Shown here: one piece after another, positions 23,392 to 34,844 of the stretch | Position numbering within the stretch: the stretch's first letter is position 1 | How the letters are laid out: each line of letters starts with the position of its first letter | DNA from: an uncultured Actinomycetota bacterium | GTDB taxonomy: Bacteria > Actinomycetota > Actinomycetes > Actinomycetales > Kineosporiaceae | DNA: 64,000 bases | Assembly: GCA_963755755.1 (NCBI GenBank) | Contig: CAVWLJ010000009.1 | Span: forward strand, 176,358-240,357 | Direction: 5' to 3' | The notes under the pieces: model-generated | What the model was told of the DNA's origin: nothing | What the model saw: the letters and a program-made list of their open reading frames with translations, nothing else | Database searches by the model: none | Made by a program: the position numbers and the translations under genes

Positions 23392-26300
23392 TTGTTCTCC
23401 ACGATCCTCGTCGCCAACCGCGGAGAGATCGCCGTCCGGGCGTTCCGCGCGGCCTACGAGCTCGGCATCCGTACGGTGGCCGTCTTCCCCTGGGAGGACC
23501 GCAACGCCGTGCACCGGACCAAGGCCGACGAGGCCTACCTCATCGGCGAGCGCGGTCACCCGGTGCGCGCGTACCTGGACGTCTCGGAGATCGTCCGGGT
23601 CGCGCTCGAATCGGGCGCGGACGCCGTCTACCCCGGCTACGGCTTCCTGTCCGAGAACCCCGAGCTCGCCTCCGCCTGCGAGGCGAACGGCATCACGTTC
23701 GTCGGGCCCCCGCCGCGGGTGCTCGCGATGGCCGGCAACAAGGTCCGTGCGGTCGCCGCGGCGCGGGAGGCCGGCGTCCCGGCGCTCCGGTCGTCGGCGC
23801 CCTCGGCGGACGTCGACGAGCTGGTCGCCGCCGCGCAGGAGATCGGCTTCCCCGTCTTCGCGAAGGCCGTCGCCGGGGGCGGGGGCCGCGGCATGCGCCG
23901 GGTCGAGGACGCCGGTCAGCTGCGGCCCGCCCTGGAGATCGCCATGCGCGAGGCCGAGGGCGCGTTCGGCGATCCCACCCTCTTCCTCGAGCAGGCCGTG
24001 CTGCGGCCGCGGCACATCGAGGTGCAGGTGCTCGCGGACGCCACCGGCGAGACCGTGCACCTCTTCGAGCGCGACTGCTCGGTGCAGCGGAGGCACCAGA
24101 AGGTGGTCGAGATCGCCCCCGCCCCGGCCCTCGACCCCGCGGTCCGGGACGCGCTGTGCCGGGACGCCGTGGCCTTCGCCCGGCAGGTGGGCTACGTGAA
24201 CGCCGGCACCGTCGAGTTCCTGCTCGACACCGCCGGCGAGAACGCCGGCAGGCACGTCTTCATCGAGATGAACCCCCGGATCCAGGTCGAGCACACGGTG
24301 ACCGAGGAGGTCACCGACGTCGACCTCGTCCAGTCCCAGATCCGGATCGCCGCCGGCGAGACGCTCCGCGACCTCGGCCTCACCCAGGACCGGATCCACC
24401 TCCACGGCGCCGCGCTCCAGTGCCGGATCACCACGGAGGACCCGGCGAACGGCTTCCGGCCCGACACCGGCGTCATCAACACCTACCGCTCGCCCGGCGG
24501 CGCCGGCATCCGGCTGGACGGCGGCACCGCGCACGCCGGTGCCTCCATCAGCCCGCACTTCGACTCGATGCTGGTCAAGCTCATCGCGCGGGGCGCGGAC
24601 TTCCCGACCGCCGTCCGGCGGGCCCGGCGCGCGCTCGCGGAGTTCCGGGTCCGCGGCGTCAGCACGAACATCCCGTTCCTGCAGGCCGTGCTCGCCGAAC
24701 CCGACTTCCTGGCCGGCGGCGTCGCGACCTCGTTCATCGACGAGCGGCCGCACCTGCTGCAGCGCCGCCAGGGCGGCGACCGCGGCACCAAGCTGCTCAG
24801 CTGGCTCGCGGACGCCACGGTGAACCGCCCCCACGGCGAGGCGAGGGTCACGGTCTCGCCCCAGACCAAGCTGCCGCACGTGGGCCGGCACGAGGGGGAG
24901 GGGCTGACGGGCTGGCGGTCGGTGCTCCGCGACCGGGGGCCGGAGGGCTTCGCCCGGGCCCTGCGGGAAGCGGGCCCCGTCGCGATCACGGACACCACGT
25001 TCCGGGACGCCCACCAGTCCCTGCTCGCGACCCGGGTGCGCACCCGTGACCTGGTCGCGGCGGCGCCGGCCGTGGCCCGCGCGACGCCGGGCCTGCTCAG
25101 CGTCGAGTGCTGGGGCGGCGCCACCTACGACGTCGCGCTGCGGTTCCTCGGCGAGGATCCCTGGGAGCGGCTCGCCGCCCTCCGTGAGGCCATGCCCGCG
25201 CTGTGCCTGCAGATGCTGCTGCGTGGCCGGAACACCGTCGGGTACACGCCCTACCCGACCGCCGTCACGGACGCCTTCGTCGAGGAGGCCGCCGCCACCG
25301 GCATCGACATCTTCCGGATCTTCGACGCGCTCAACGACGTCGAGCAGATGCGCCCGGCGATCGAGGCGGTCCGCCGCACGGGCTCGGCGGTCGCCGAGGT
25401 CGCCCTCTGCTACACCGCCGACCTCGTCGACCCGGCGGAGCGGCTCTACACCCTCGACTACTACCTCCGGCTCGCCGAGCAGATCGTCGACGCGGGCGCG
25501 CACGTCATCGCGATCAAGGACATGGCCGGCCTGCTGCGCCCCGAAGCCGCGCGCCGGCTCGTCACCGCGCTACGGGAGCGCTTCGACCTGCCCGTCCACC
25601 TGCACACCCACGACACAGCAGGCGGCCAGCTGGCCACCCTGGTCGCCGCGATCGACGCCGGTGTCGACGCGGTGGACGCCGCCTCGGCGTCCATGGCCGG
25701 CACGACGAGTCAGCCGCCGATGTCGGCGCTCATCGCGGCGCTCGCGCACACCGCGCGCGACCCGGGCTTCGACCTGCGTGCGGTGATGGACCTCGAGCCC
25801 TACTGGGAGGCCGTGCGCCGGGTCTACGCGCCGTTCGAATCCGGCCTGCCGTCGCCGACGGGCCGGGTGTACGACCACGAGATCCCGGGCGGGCAGCTGT
25901 CCAACCTGCGGCAGCAGGCGATCGCGCTGGGCCTGGGGGAGAAGTTCGAGCAGATCGAGGCCATGTACGCGGCCGCCGACCGGATCCTCGGCCGGCTCGT
26001 CAAGGTCACGCCGTCCTCGAAGGTCGTCGGGGACCTCGCCCTGCACCTGGTCGCCGTGGGGGCGGACCCCGCGGAGTTCGCCGAGCACCCGGAGCGCTTC
26101 GACATCCCGGACTCCGTCATCGGCTTCCTCGCCGGCGAGCTGGGCGACCCGCCCGGCGGCTGGCCGGAGCCCTTCCGGACCCGGGCGCTGGAGGGGCGCC
26201 AGCAGCCGCAGCGGCAGGTCGACCTCACGCCGGACGACGAGGCGGCGCTGGCCACGGATCGTCGCGCCACCCTCAACCGGCTGCTCTTCCCGGGCCCGGC

Positions 26301-26787
26301 CCGCGAGTTCGCCGCCGTCCGTGAGACCTACGGGGACGTGTCGGTGCTCGACACCGTGGACTACCTCTACGGGTTGCGGCACGGCGAGGAGCACGTCGTC
26401 GAGCTGGAGCGAGGCGTCCGCCTCCTCGTCGGCCTCGAGGCGATCGGGGACGTCGACGACCGCGGCATGCGCACCGTGATGTGCACCCTCAACGGCCAGC
26501 TGCGTCCGATCCAGGTGCGCGACCGCTCGGTGACGGTGCAGGTCAAGGCCGCGGAGAAGGCCGACCCGACCGTGCCGGGGCACGTCGCGGCACCGTTCGC
26601 GGGCGTGGTCTCGCTGACCGTCGCCGAGGGCGACGAGGTCGAGCCGGGGCAGACGGTGGCGACGATCGAAGCCATGAAGATGGAGGCCTCGATCACCACC
26701 ACCAAGGCGGGTGTGGTTCAGCGCGTGGCGATCGGGCCCGTGCAGCAGGTGGAGGGCGGCGACCTCGTCCTGGTCGTCGCGGGGTGA
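23392..26787 (+). CDS. pyc: Pyruvate carboxylase
   Basis: A TTG start at 23392 lies 5 nt after CAGGAG. LFSTILVANRGEIAVRAFRAAYELG is present, followed by biotin carboxylase, carboxyltransferase and BCCP domains. The biotin motif is IEAMKMEASI. The protein is 1131 aa. Confidence 0.95.
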   Translation: MFSTILVANRGEIAVRAFRAAYELGIRTVAVFPWEDRNAVHRTKADEAYLIGERGHPVRAYLDVSEIVRVALESGADAVYPGYGFLSENPELASACEANGITFVGPPPRVLAMAGNKVRAVAAAREAGVPALRSSAPSADVDELVAAAQEIGFPVFAKAVAGGGGRGMRRVEDAGQLRPALEIAMREAEGAFGDPTLFLEQAVLRPRHIEVQVLADATGETVHLFERDCSVQRRHQKVVEIAPAPALDPAVRDALCRDAVAFARQVGYVNAGTVEFLLDTAGENAGRHVFIEMNPRIQVEHTVTEEVTDVDLVQSQIRIAAGETLRDLGLTQDRIHLHGAALQCRITTEDPANGFRPDTGVINTYRSPGGAGIRLDGGTAHAGASISPHFDSMLVKLIARGADFPTAVRRARRALAEFRVRGVSTNIPFLQAVLAEPDFLAGGVATSFIDERPHLLQRRQGGDRGTKLLSWLADATVNRPHGEARVTVSPQTKLPHVGRHEGEGLTGWRSVLRDRGPEGFARALREAGPVAITDTTFRDAHQSLLATRVRTRDLVAAAPAVARATPGLLSVECWGGATYDVALRFLGEDPWERLAALREAMPALCLQMLLRGRNTVGYTPYPTAVTDAFVEEAAATGIDIFRIFDALNDVEQMRPAIEAVRRTGSAVAEVALCYTADLVDPAERLYTLDYYLRLAEQIVDAGAHVIAIKDMAGLLRPEAARRLVTALRERFDLPVHLHTHDTAGGQLATLVAAIDAGVDAVDAASASMAGTTSQPPMSALIAALAHTARDPGFDLRAVMDLEPYWEAVRRVYAPFESGLPSPTGRVYDHEIPGGQLSNLRQQAIALGLGEKFEQIEAMYAAADRILGRLVKVTPSSKVVGDLALHLVAVGADPAEFAEHPERFDIPDSVIGFLAGELGDPPGGWPEPFRTRALEGRQQPQRQVDLTPDDEAALATDRRATLNRLLFPGPAREFAAVRETYGDVSVLDTVDYLYGLRHGEEHVVELERGVRLLVGLEAIGDVDDRGMRTVMCTLNGQLRPIQVRDRSVTVQVKAAEKADPTVPGHVAAPFAGVVSLTVAEGDEVEPGQTVATIEAMKMEASITTTKAGVVQRVAIGPVQQVEGGDLVLVVAG

Positions 26788-26796
26788 GCCGGACGC

Positions 26797-28524
26797 TCAG
26801 GGCGTGATCTGTCCGGGCACGACCGGCCGGTGCGCGATCGCGTCGAAGAGCACCGTCTCCAGCGTCTGCGGCGTGTCCGCGCGGTAGGCCCGGCCGCCGG
26901 CCGCCTGCGACATCGCCGTCAGCGCCTTCATGTCGGCGTCCGGACCGATCCCGATGGCGATGAGGAGGACCACCTGCCCCGGTGTCGCGGCGGCGTCCGC
27001 CTTGGCCAGGCGCTGGAACCTCCTGAGCGAGATGCCGGGCGTGTAGTCGTTGGAGCCGTCGGTGAACAGCACGACCGCGTTGTTGGCCTGCGGGTCGAAG
27101 CTCTTACGGGCGGATCTGAGGGCGTCGAGGGCGGTCTCGTAGAGCCCGGTGCCCCCGCTCGAGAGCCGCCGGGGGAGCGAGACCAGCGCGGCGTTCACGA
27201 CGTCCCGGTGCGTGACGTCCTTGCCGGCGGCGCTGATGCTGTCCACGTTGCTCAGTGCCGCGGTCTTCGCCAGCACCTGGTAGGGCTGTCCTCCGGGCTG
27301 GCGCCCGGCGAAGCTCCACAGCCCGATCGCGGAGCGGTCGGGGAGCAGCTTGCCCGCTGCGATCGCGCCCAGGACGGCGAGCTGGATCCGGGTCAGCCCA
27401 CCGGCGACCGGCAGCCGCATCGACAACGAGGTGTCCAGGGCCACGAGCAGCCGGGACGGCAACGCCAAGGTCCGGATCAGGGACACGAACGTGGCGGCCG
27501 ACCTGGCGGCCTGCTCGGCGGCCGACCGCTGCGCGTCGCTCGTCGGCGTGACCTCGGGAGCCGGCGGACCGAAACCCGCAGCCGCGGCGACCTGCCGTGC
27601 GGCCGGCGCCGTGAGCGCGCCGATGACGACGTCCGTGGCCGCGTGGACGACGGGGTCGTCATTGGAGCGGTTGACCCTCAGGACCGGGAAGTCGAGTGCG
27701 GCGGGCGTACCCGACGGAGCGACCGCGACCAGCCCCTTCGGCTCGTCCCGGTTGGCGTTCCGCACGGTCTGCTCGTCCGTGAGCAGGACGGCGGGCGCCT
27801 TCGCGCCGCTCTTGCGCGCCATGTCGATCGCGCCGGGCATGTCCGGAGCAGTGATCCTGGACGCCGCGAGCACGGTCGCGGCGATCTGCTGCTCCGTGCG
27901 CGTCCCCGGGCCCAGGGCGCGGCCGAGCGACAGCAGCCCGAGGAGCGAGGGGGCGTCGCTCGCCATCCCGGGAGCGGCGTCCGTGGTGCCCGGCGCGACG
28001 ATGGCGTGCGTCGTCGTGTCCAGCGCCTGCGCCCAGGAGACGGTCTTCGGCCAGTGCAGCTTCGCCAGGCTTGCCGGGCTCGTCGCCACGACGACCGGGG
28101 AGGTGCCCATGCTGCCGACGACCTCCGTCGACCAGCCGGCGGCCTGCCCGGGCCAGAGCGAGGAGTCGGGGATCCAGATCTGCGGCAGCTGGGCCGTGGC
28201 CGTGGAGGCGGAGTTCTCGACGGTCGTCACCGGCGGCTGGACCTGCAGATCGACGCGCAGGCACGAGCCGTCCTCGAGGGCGCGGCCGTCGAGCGGGGCG
28301 ACCAGGCGCCTGACGACGTCCGACATCTGCGGCGCGGCCACCACGGACACCGGGGTGGTCGGGCAGCTGGCCTCGGGGGAGGACCAGGGCATGATCCGGC
28401 CCGCCGCGTCGACGACTCCGGAGCGCGCCGTCAGGAGCCCGGCGACGACGAGCACCACCACCACGAGGGCGACGACGGCACCCGCGGAGCGACGACGACG
28501 GTGACCCGGCGACTGTGGGGGCAC
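26797..28524 (-). CDS. Secreted/anchored substrate-binding plus von Willebrand factor A domain protein
   Basis: There is an N-terminal TM/signal (AVVALVVVVLVVAGLL). The MIDAS motif is LVALDTSLSM with GGTGLY and VLFTDGSND. Confidence 0.75.
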   Translation of the reverse strand: MPPQSPGHRRRRSAGAVVALVVVVLVVAGLLTARSGVVDAAGRIMPWSSPEASCPTTPVSVVAAPQMSDVVRRLVAPLDGRALEDGSCLRVDLQVQPPVTTVENSASTATAQLPQIWIPDSSLWPGQAAGWSTEVVGSMGTSPVVVATSPASLAKLHWPKTVSWAQALDTTTHAIVAPGTTDAAPGMASDAPSLLGLLSLGRALGPGTRTEQQIAATVLAASRITAPDMPGAIDMARKSGAKAPAVLLTDEQTVRNANRDEPKGLVAVAPSGTPAALDFPVLRVNRSNDDPVVHAATDVVIGALTAPAARQVAAAAGFGPPAPEVTPTSDAQRSAAEQAARSAATFVSLIRTLALPSRLLVALDTSLSMRLPVAGGLTRIQLAVLGAIAAGKLLPDRSAIGLWSFAGRQPGGQPYQVLAKTAALSNVDSISAAGKDVTHRDVVNAALVSLPRRLSSGGTGLYETALDALRSARKSFDPQANNAVVLFTDGSNDYTPGISLRRFQRLAKADAAATPGQVVLLIAIGIGPDADMKALTAMSQAAGGRAYRADTPQTLETVLFDAIAHRPVVPGQITP

Positions 28525-28673
28525 GGTTCCTCACTAAAGGTGACTGACAGTAACTGCTGCCGCAATGCGAGGCCCACAGTAACCCTCCGTCCTGGTCAGA
28601 TCGAGACGCAGGCTGTACGCCATTCCGCCCCGTGCGGGGTGTTCGCGATCAGGAAGCCTGCTACTACTCTCTG

Positions 28674-29099
28674 TCACCACGACAGGCCGACGACGACAGC
28701 GCCGACGACGACCTGCGCGAGCGCCAGGACGACGCGCGCGGTGTCCCATGCCAGGAGCCGCCGATGCGCCCGGACGTCGAACCTGTCGTCGAGCACGCGG
28801 TGCTGGGGGACGGCGCCGAGCGCGGTGACGAGCAGGAGCGCCGCGAACAGGGCGAGGGCGACGACGCCGGGGCCGCGGGGACCCGAGGCGAGGACGAGCA
28901 CCGAGGTCACCGCGAGCGCGCCGAAGAGGACGCCGACGACCGGCGTCACCGCGCGCTGGTGGGCGCGCTCGTACGGCGGGAACGCCTGCGACGGGACCCG
29001 CGCGAACTGGGGATAGACGACGAACCGGATCGTCAGCTGGAAGCCGGCGTAGGCGCCGGCGGAGACCGCGTAGGCGAGCGTGGCGGCGTGCCCGCTCAC
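28674..29099 (-). CDS. Small polytopic membrane protein (DUF1772-like)
   Basis: The protein is 141 aa with four hydrophobic helices. It overlaps the upstream TPR gene stop by 4 nt. Confidence 0.4.
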   Translation of the reverse strand: MSGHAATLAYAVSAGAYAGFQLTIRFVVYPQFARVPSQAFPPYERAHQRAVTPVVGVLFGALAVTSVLVLASGPRGPGVVALALFAALLLVTALGAVPQHRVLDDRFDVRAHRRLLAWDTARVVLALAQVVVGAVVVGLSW

Positions 29100-29467
29100 G
29101 CGCTGCGCGGCTCCGAGACGCTCGCCTCGGCGCGGGCCAGGGCCTGCGCGTACCAGGGCTCGCCGTCCAGGGCGGTGGCGAGGCGGAGGTGCATCAGCGC
29201 CTCGCGGTGCCGCGACCGCCGCTGCAGCGTCCGGCCCAGGCCGGCGTGCGCGTAGTGGTGCGTGGGGTCGAGTTCGACCACCCGGCGGAAGAGCGCCTCC
29301 GCCTGCTCCAGGCGGGCGCAGTCGAAGTTGGCGCGGGCGGCCAGCACGAGGACGGCGACGGTGTCGGGCTCGGCCTCGACGAGCGGCTCCACGACCGTCA
29401 GCGCGGCGTGCGGGTTCCGGCTCGCGAGCAGACGTTCCGCCTGCCGGTAACGCTCCACGGCGTCCAT
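29096..29467 (-). CDS. Small TPR-repeat protein
   Basis: ATG 29467 gives MDAVERYRQAERLLASRNPHAAL...ARANFDCARLEQAEALFRRVVELDPTHHYAHAGLGRTL, which is TPR-like helical repeats. Confidence 0.5.
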   Translation of the reverse strand: MDAVERYRQAERLLASRNPHAALTVVEPLVEAEPDTVAVLVLAARANFDCARLEQAEALFRRVVELDPTHHYAHAGLGRTLQRRSRHREALMHLRLATALDGEPWYAQALARAEASVSEPRSA

Positions 29468-29673
29468 GTGCACCCCTCGCCTCCGTGACGACGATCCTCC
29501 GCCCGGCTCCGTCCCCGGCACCGGAACGGTGTCAACAGGCGCCGTCGCGCGACTGTTCCCGCGACACGCGCCACTCCGAGCGTGCCTCGGCCGCCGCCGC
29601 TTCGCCAGCCCTCGCACGGGTGGCGCGCCGGGTCCGGCACGATCGCGCGGACCGGGCGTGGCATCGTTCACGC

Positions 29674-30039
29674 GTGCACTCCGGTCTCGTCGCCGCCGTC
29701 GTGACGGTGGCCCTCCTGGCGTCCGTCTGCGGGGGAGTCGTCGCCGCCCGGGACCGGCCACCGGGGCGGGTCACCCTGGCGGTCGCCGGCGTCGGCGCCG
29801 TCCTCACGCTCGCCCAGTCGGTGCTGGCGGCGATCGACCTCGTCCGGGGGAGCAGGCCGCCGGAGACGGCCACCTACATCGGCTACCTCATCGGGATCGT
29901 GGTGGTGCTGCCGCTCGCGGTCGCGTGGTCGCTCGCGGAGCGGACCCGGTGGAGCGGGGTGGTCGTCGCCGTCGGCGGGTTCACGGTCGCGATCATGACG
30001 GCCCGGCTCGTCCTGCTGTCGAGGGGGACCGGTGCCTGA
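29674..30039 (+). CDS. Hypothetical integral membrane protein
   Basis: The start is GTG 29674. The protein is 121 aa with 3-4 hydrophobic helices. It overlaps the next gene by 8 nt. Confidence 0.4.
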   Translation: MHSGLVAAVVTVALLASVCGGVVAARDRPPGRVTLAVAGVGAVLTLAQSVLAAIDLVRGSRPPETATYIGYLIGIVVVLPLAVAWSLAERTRWSGVVVAVGGFTVAIMTARLVLLSRGTGA

Positions 30040-30451
30040 GGAGCCCGGCACCGCGACGGAACCTCGGGCGACGGCGAGCGGGCCCGGCCGGGTGCTCGTC
30101 GCCGTCTACGCCGTGTTCGCGCTCGCCGCGACGTCCCGAGCCGCCGTGCAGATCGCCACGGACTTCTCCGAGGCACCGCTGGCATATCTGCTCTCCGCCT
30201 TCTCGGCGGTCGTGTACGTGGTGGCCACGATCGCGCTGGCGCGCCGAGGGAGCGGCGCGCGCAGGCTCGCCCTCGTCGCGATCACGATCGAGCTCGTGGG
30301 CGTCCTGGCGATCGGGACGGCGAGCATCCTGGCGCCCGAGGACTTCCCGAAGGCGACCGTCTGGTCCGGTTACGGCTCGGGCTACGGATTCGTGCCGCTG
30401 GTGCTGCCGCTGGTCGGCCTGTGGTGGCTGCGCCGGACGAGCCGCGGCTGA
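30032..30451 (+). CDS. Hypothetical integral membrane protein
   Basis: The protein is 139 aa with four hydrophobic helices (VLVAVYAVFALAA, YLLSAFSAVVYVVATIAL, LALVAITIELVGVLAIG, FVPLVLPLVGLWWL). Confidence 0.45.
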   Translation: MPEEPGTATEPRATASGPGRVLVAVYAVFALAATSRAAVQIATDFSEAPLAYLLSAFSAVVYVVATIALARRGSGARRLALVAITIELVGVLAIGTASILAPEDFPKATVWSGYGSGYGFVPLVLPLVGLWWLRRTSRG

Positions 30452-30612
30452 CCCAGGGGAGGGTCCGTGCAGGGGTCCCTCCTCTCCTCGGAATGACATA
30501 ATGTGCATTATCGGCGTTAGGTCGGAAGCGGTGCGCGTGCCGCCCCCGATCTCCGTCGAACGCATGATCGACCTCCGGACGGCACCCCTCCGAGAGCGCT
30601 CCCATCCGTAGG

Positions 30613-30987
30613 GTGCAGCCCGTGAGGAGGGGCGGAGGCAGCGGGCGGCGGAACGCCGCACGAGGCGCCGCGGCCGTCGAGTACGCGCTCCTGATCGCCG
30701 CCATCGTCGGCATCGTGGTCGCCGCCGTGGCCGGTCTCGGGTTGATCGCCGGGAACGGGCCGAGCAGCCTCTGCTTGGTTGCCCAGGCACACGGGATCGC
30801 CTGCGAAGACTCGTCGGGATCGTCGCAACCGGCGCCCACGCAGCCGCCCACGGCGACACCCAGGCCGACGCCCACGCCCCCGCCGACCTGTCCGACTCCC
30901 GATCCGGACCCCAGTCCGACGCCGACGCCGACGCCGTCCGACTCCCCCGAACCGTCCGGCTCGCCCTGCCCGACGCCGCCCGCCTGA
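30613..30987 (+). CDS. Flp/Fap-family type IVb pilin-like protein with a long Pro/Thr-rich, Cys-containing C-terminal extension
   Basis: The leader RRNAARG is followed by AAAVEYALLIAAIVGIVVAAVAGLG, matching the G/xxxxEY Flp prepilin motif plus a hydrophobic helix. A ~70-aa tail follows: QPAPTQPPTATPRPTPTPPPTCPTPDPDPSPTPTPTPSDSPEPSGSPCPTPPA. Confidence 0.55.
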   Translation: MQPVRRGGGSGRRNAARGAAAVEYALLIAAIVGIVVAAVAGLGLIAGNGPSSLCLVAQAHGIACEDSSGSSQPAPTQPPTATPRPTPTPPPTCPTPDPDPSPTPTPTPSDSPEPSGSPCPTPPA

Positions 30988-31008
30988 CGCACGCCGCCGG
31001 TTCGGCGG

Positions 31009-31950
31009 TCAGGCCGAGGCGAGGATCCGGTCGACGACCTGCTGGGCCTGGTCGGCGGGGATCGCGAACCCGACGCCGATGCTCCCCGAGTCCTGGCTGC
31101 TGAGGCTGGCACTCGCGGTCGTGATGCCCACGACCTCGCCGTCCGCGTTCACCAGCGCTCCCCCGGAGCTGCCCGGGTTGATCGCGGCGTCCGTCTGGAT
31201 GGCGCCCTTGAGCGTCTCGGTCGCCTCGCCGTCACCGCCGACGGTGATGGTCCGGCCCAGGGCGCTGACGATGCCCGAGGTGACCGTGTCCGACAGCCCC
31301 AGCGGGTTGCCGACGGCGAGCACCTCGTCACCCACCTTCACCGAACCGCTCGACCCGAGGGTCGCCGCGGTCAGGCCGCTCACGCCGGTCACCTTGATCA
31401 CGGCGAGGTCGGCGCTCGCGTTCGTACCGACGACCGTGGCGGACGCCGTCCGGCCGTCGCTGAACTCGACGGTGATCGTGGCTCCGCTGCCCAGGGCGGA
31501 GACGACGTGGTTGTTCGTGAGGACGAGCCCGTCGGACCGGATCACGACTCCCGAGCCCTCGACCTCACCACCCTGCCCCTGGACGTCGAGGGAGACGACG
31601 CTCGGAGCGACCTTGGCGACGACCGCCGAGAGGGACGACGCGGCCGACGAGCTCGACGCCGAGGCCGTAGTGGTGGACGACGCGGACGTCGATGCTGCCG
31701 TCGTGGTGGCCGTTGTCGCGGGCTGCTCGAAGCTGGTGACCGCGAGCGCACCCGCCGTCCCGGAGCCCGTGGCGATGCCGAGCGCCAGCAGCCCCGCGGC
31801 GAAGCGCCGTGACCACGGGTGCCGGCTGCCTCCCGAGCGCTCCTCGGGAGCCGCGAAGGACGGCGGGACCGCCCCTCCCCCGCTCCCGGTCGCCTCGGGA
31901 AGGACCTCCTGATCCGTCTCCTGTGGACGCTCGGTGAGTTCGATGCTCAT
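31009..31950 (-). CDS. Trypsin-like serine protease, HtrA/S1C family, no PDZ domain
   Basis: ATG 31950 lies 5 nt after GGAGG (an upstream GTG at 31980 is also open). There is a TM anchor and a Ser/Thr/Ala linker. The catalytic triad contexts are LTNNHVV, ADLAVIKV and GSSGGAL. Confidence 0.8.
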   Translation of the reverse strand: MSIELTERPQETDQEVLPEATGSGGGAVPPSFAAPEERSGGSRHPWSRRFAAGLLALGIATGSGTAGALAVTSFEQPATTATTTAASTSASSTTTASASSSSAASSLSAVVAKVAPSVVSLDVQGQGGEVEGSGVVIRSDGLVLTNNHVVSALGSGATITVEFSDGRTASATVVGTNASADLAVIKVTGVSGLTAATLGSSGSVKVGDEVLAVGNPLGLSDTVTSGIVSALGRTITVGGDGEATETLKGAIQTDAAINPGSSGGALVNADGEVVGITTASASLSSQDSGSIGVGFAIPADQAQQVVDRILASA

Positions 31951-32098
31951 GGCCGCCTCCGATGTCGTTCGTGCTGACACCGGAAACAGTGCGTTCCGGA
32001 CCTATCCCATGTGTGAGCGGGAGCTGGACGCCGGCTGTGAGCCGAAGCCGTTCAGATCCGGCCCGGCGGGTGCTCGGGCCCAGGGTCCTTCGGCCCGC

Positions 32099-34598
<2,500 letters not shown>

Positions 34599-34660
34599 GA
34601 TGTCCTCGTCTCTTCGGGTCTCGGGGGCGTCCTCGTCGTCGCCGGTCGTCGTCCGGACAG

Positions 34661-34687
34661 CAAAAGACCCCTCACGCAGGAGGGGTC
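34661..34687 (-). terminator. Intrinsic terminator/attenuator hairpin in the leuS leader
   Basis: The minus-strand RNA reads GACCCCUC-CUGCGU-GAGGGGUC-UUUUG: a perfect 8-bp stem, a 6-nt loop and a U-tract. It lies 62 nt upstream of the leuS GTG. Confidence 0.6.
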
Positions 34688-34731
34688 GCCGCGCTGTCTC
34701 CGTCCACCCCGCGGAGGGGGCGGACGTGCCG

Positions 34732-34776
34732 TCAGCGCGGCCGGCGAAGAAGGAGGATCTGCCGCACGGCTCTCAT
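34732..34776 (-). CDS. Candidate 14-codon leucine leader peptide ([14 protein letters not shown])
   Basis: AGGAG, then 4 nt, then ATG AGA GCC GTG CGG CAG ATC CTC CTT CTT CGC CGG CCG CGC TGA. There are three consecutive Leu codons, and two are CTT, which looks rare elsewhere in the window. The ORF lies directly upstream of the terminator and leuS. Confidence 0.55.
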   Translation of the reverse strand: MRAVRQILLLRRPR

Positions 34777-34844
34777 CTTACTCCTGCGTGAGATCGCGGC
34801 GTGCGCGGTATTGCTCGGAGTCGGTGACCTGTGACGATGTGCGG

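Noticed and set aside
30820-30987. Repetitive CCGACGCC-type DNA, considered as a tandem repeat or CRISPR-like array
   Set aside because: The periodicity is just the Pro-Thr codon repetition of the pilin-like tail. There is no spacer structure, and it lies in-frame in a coding-looking ORF.
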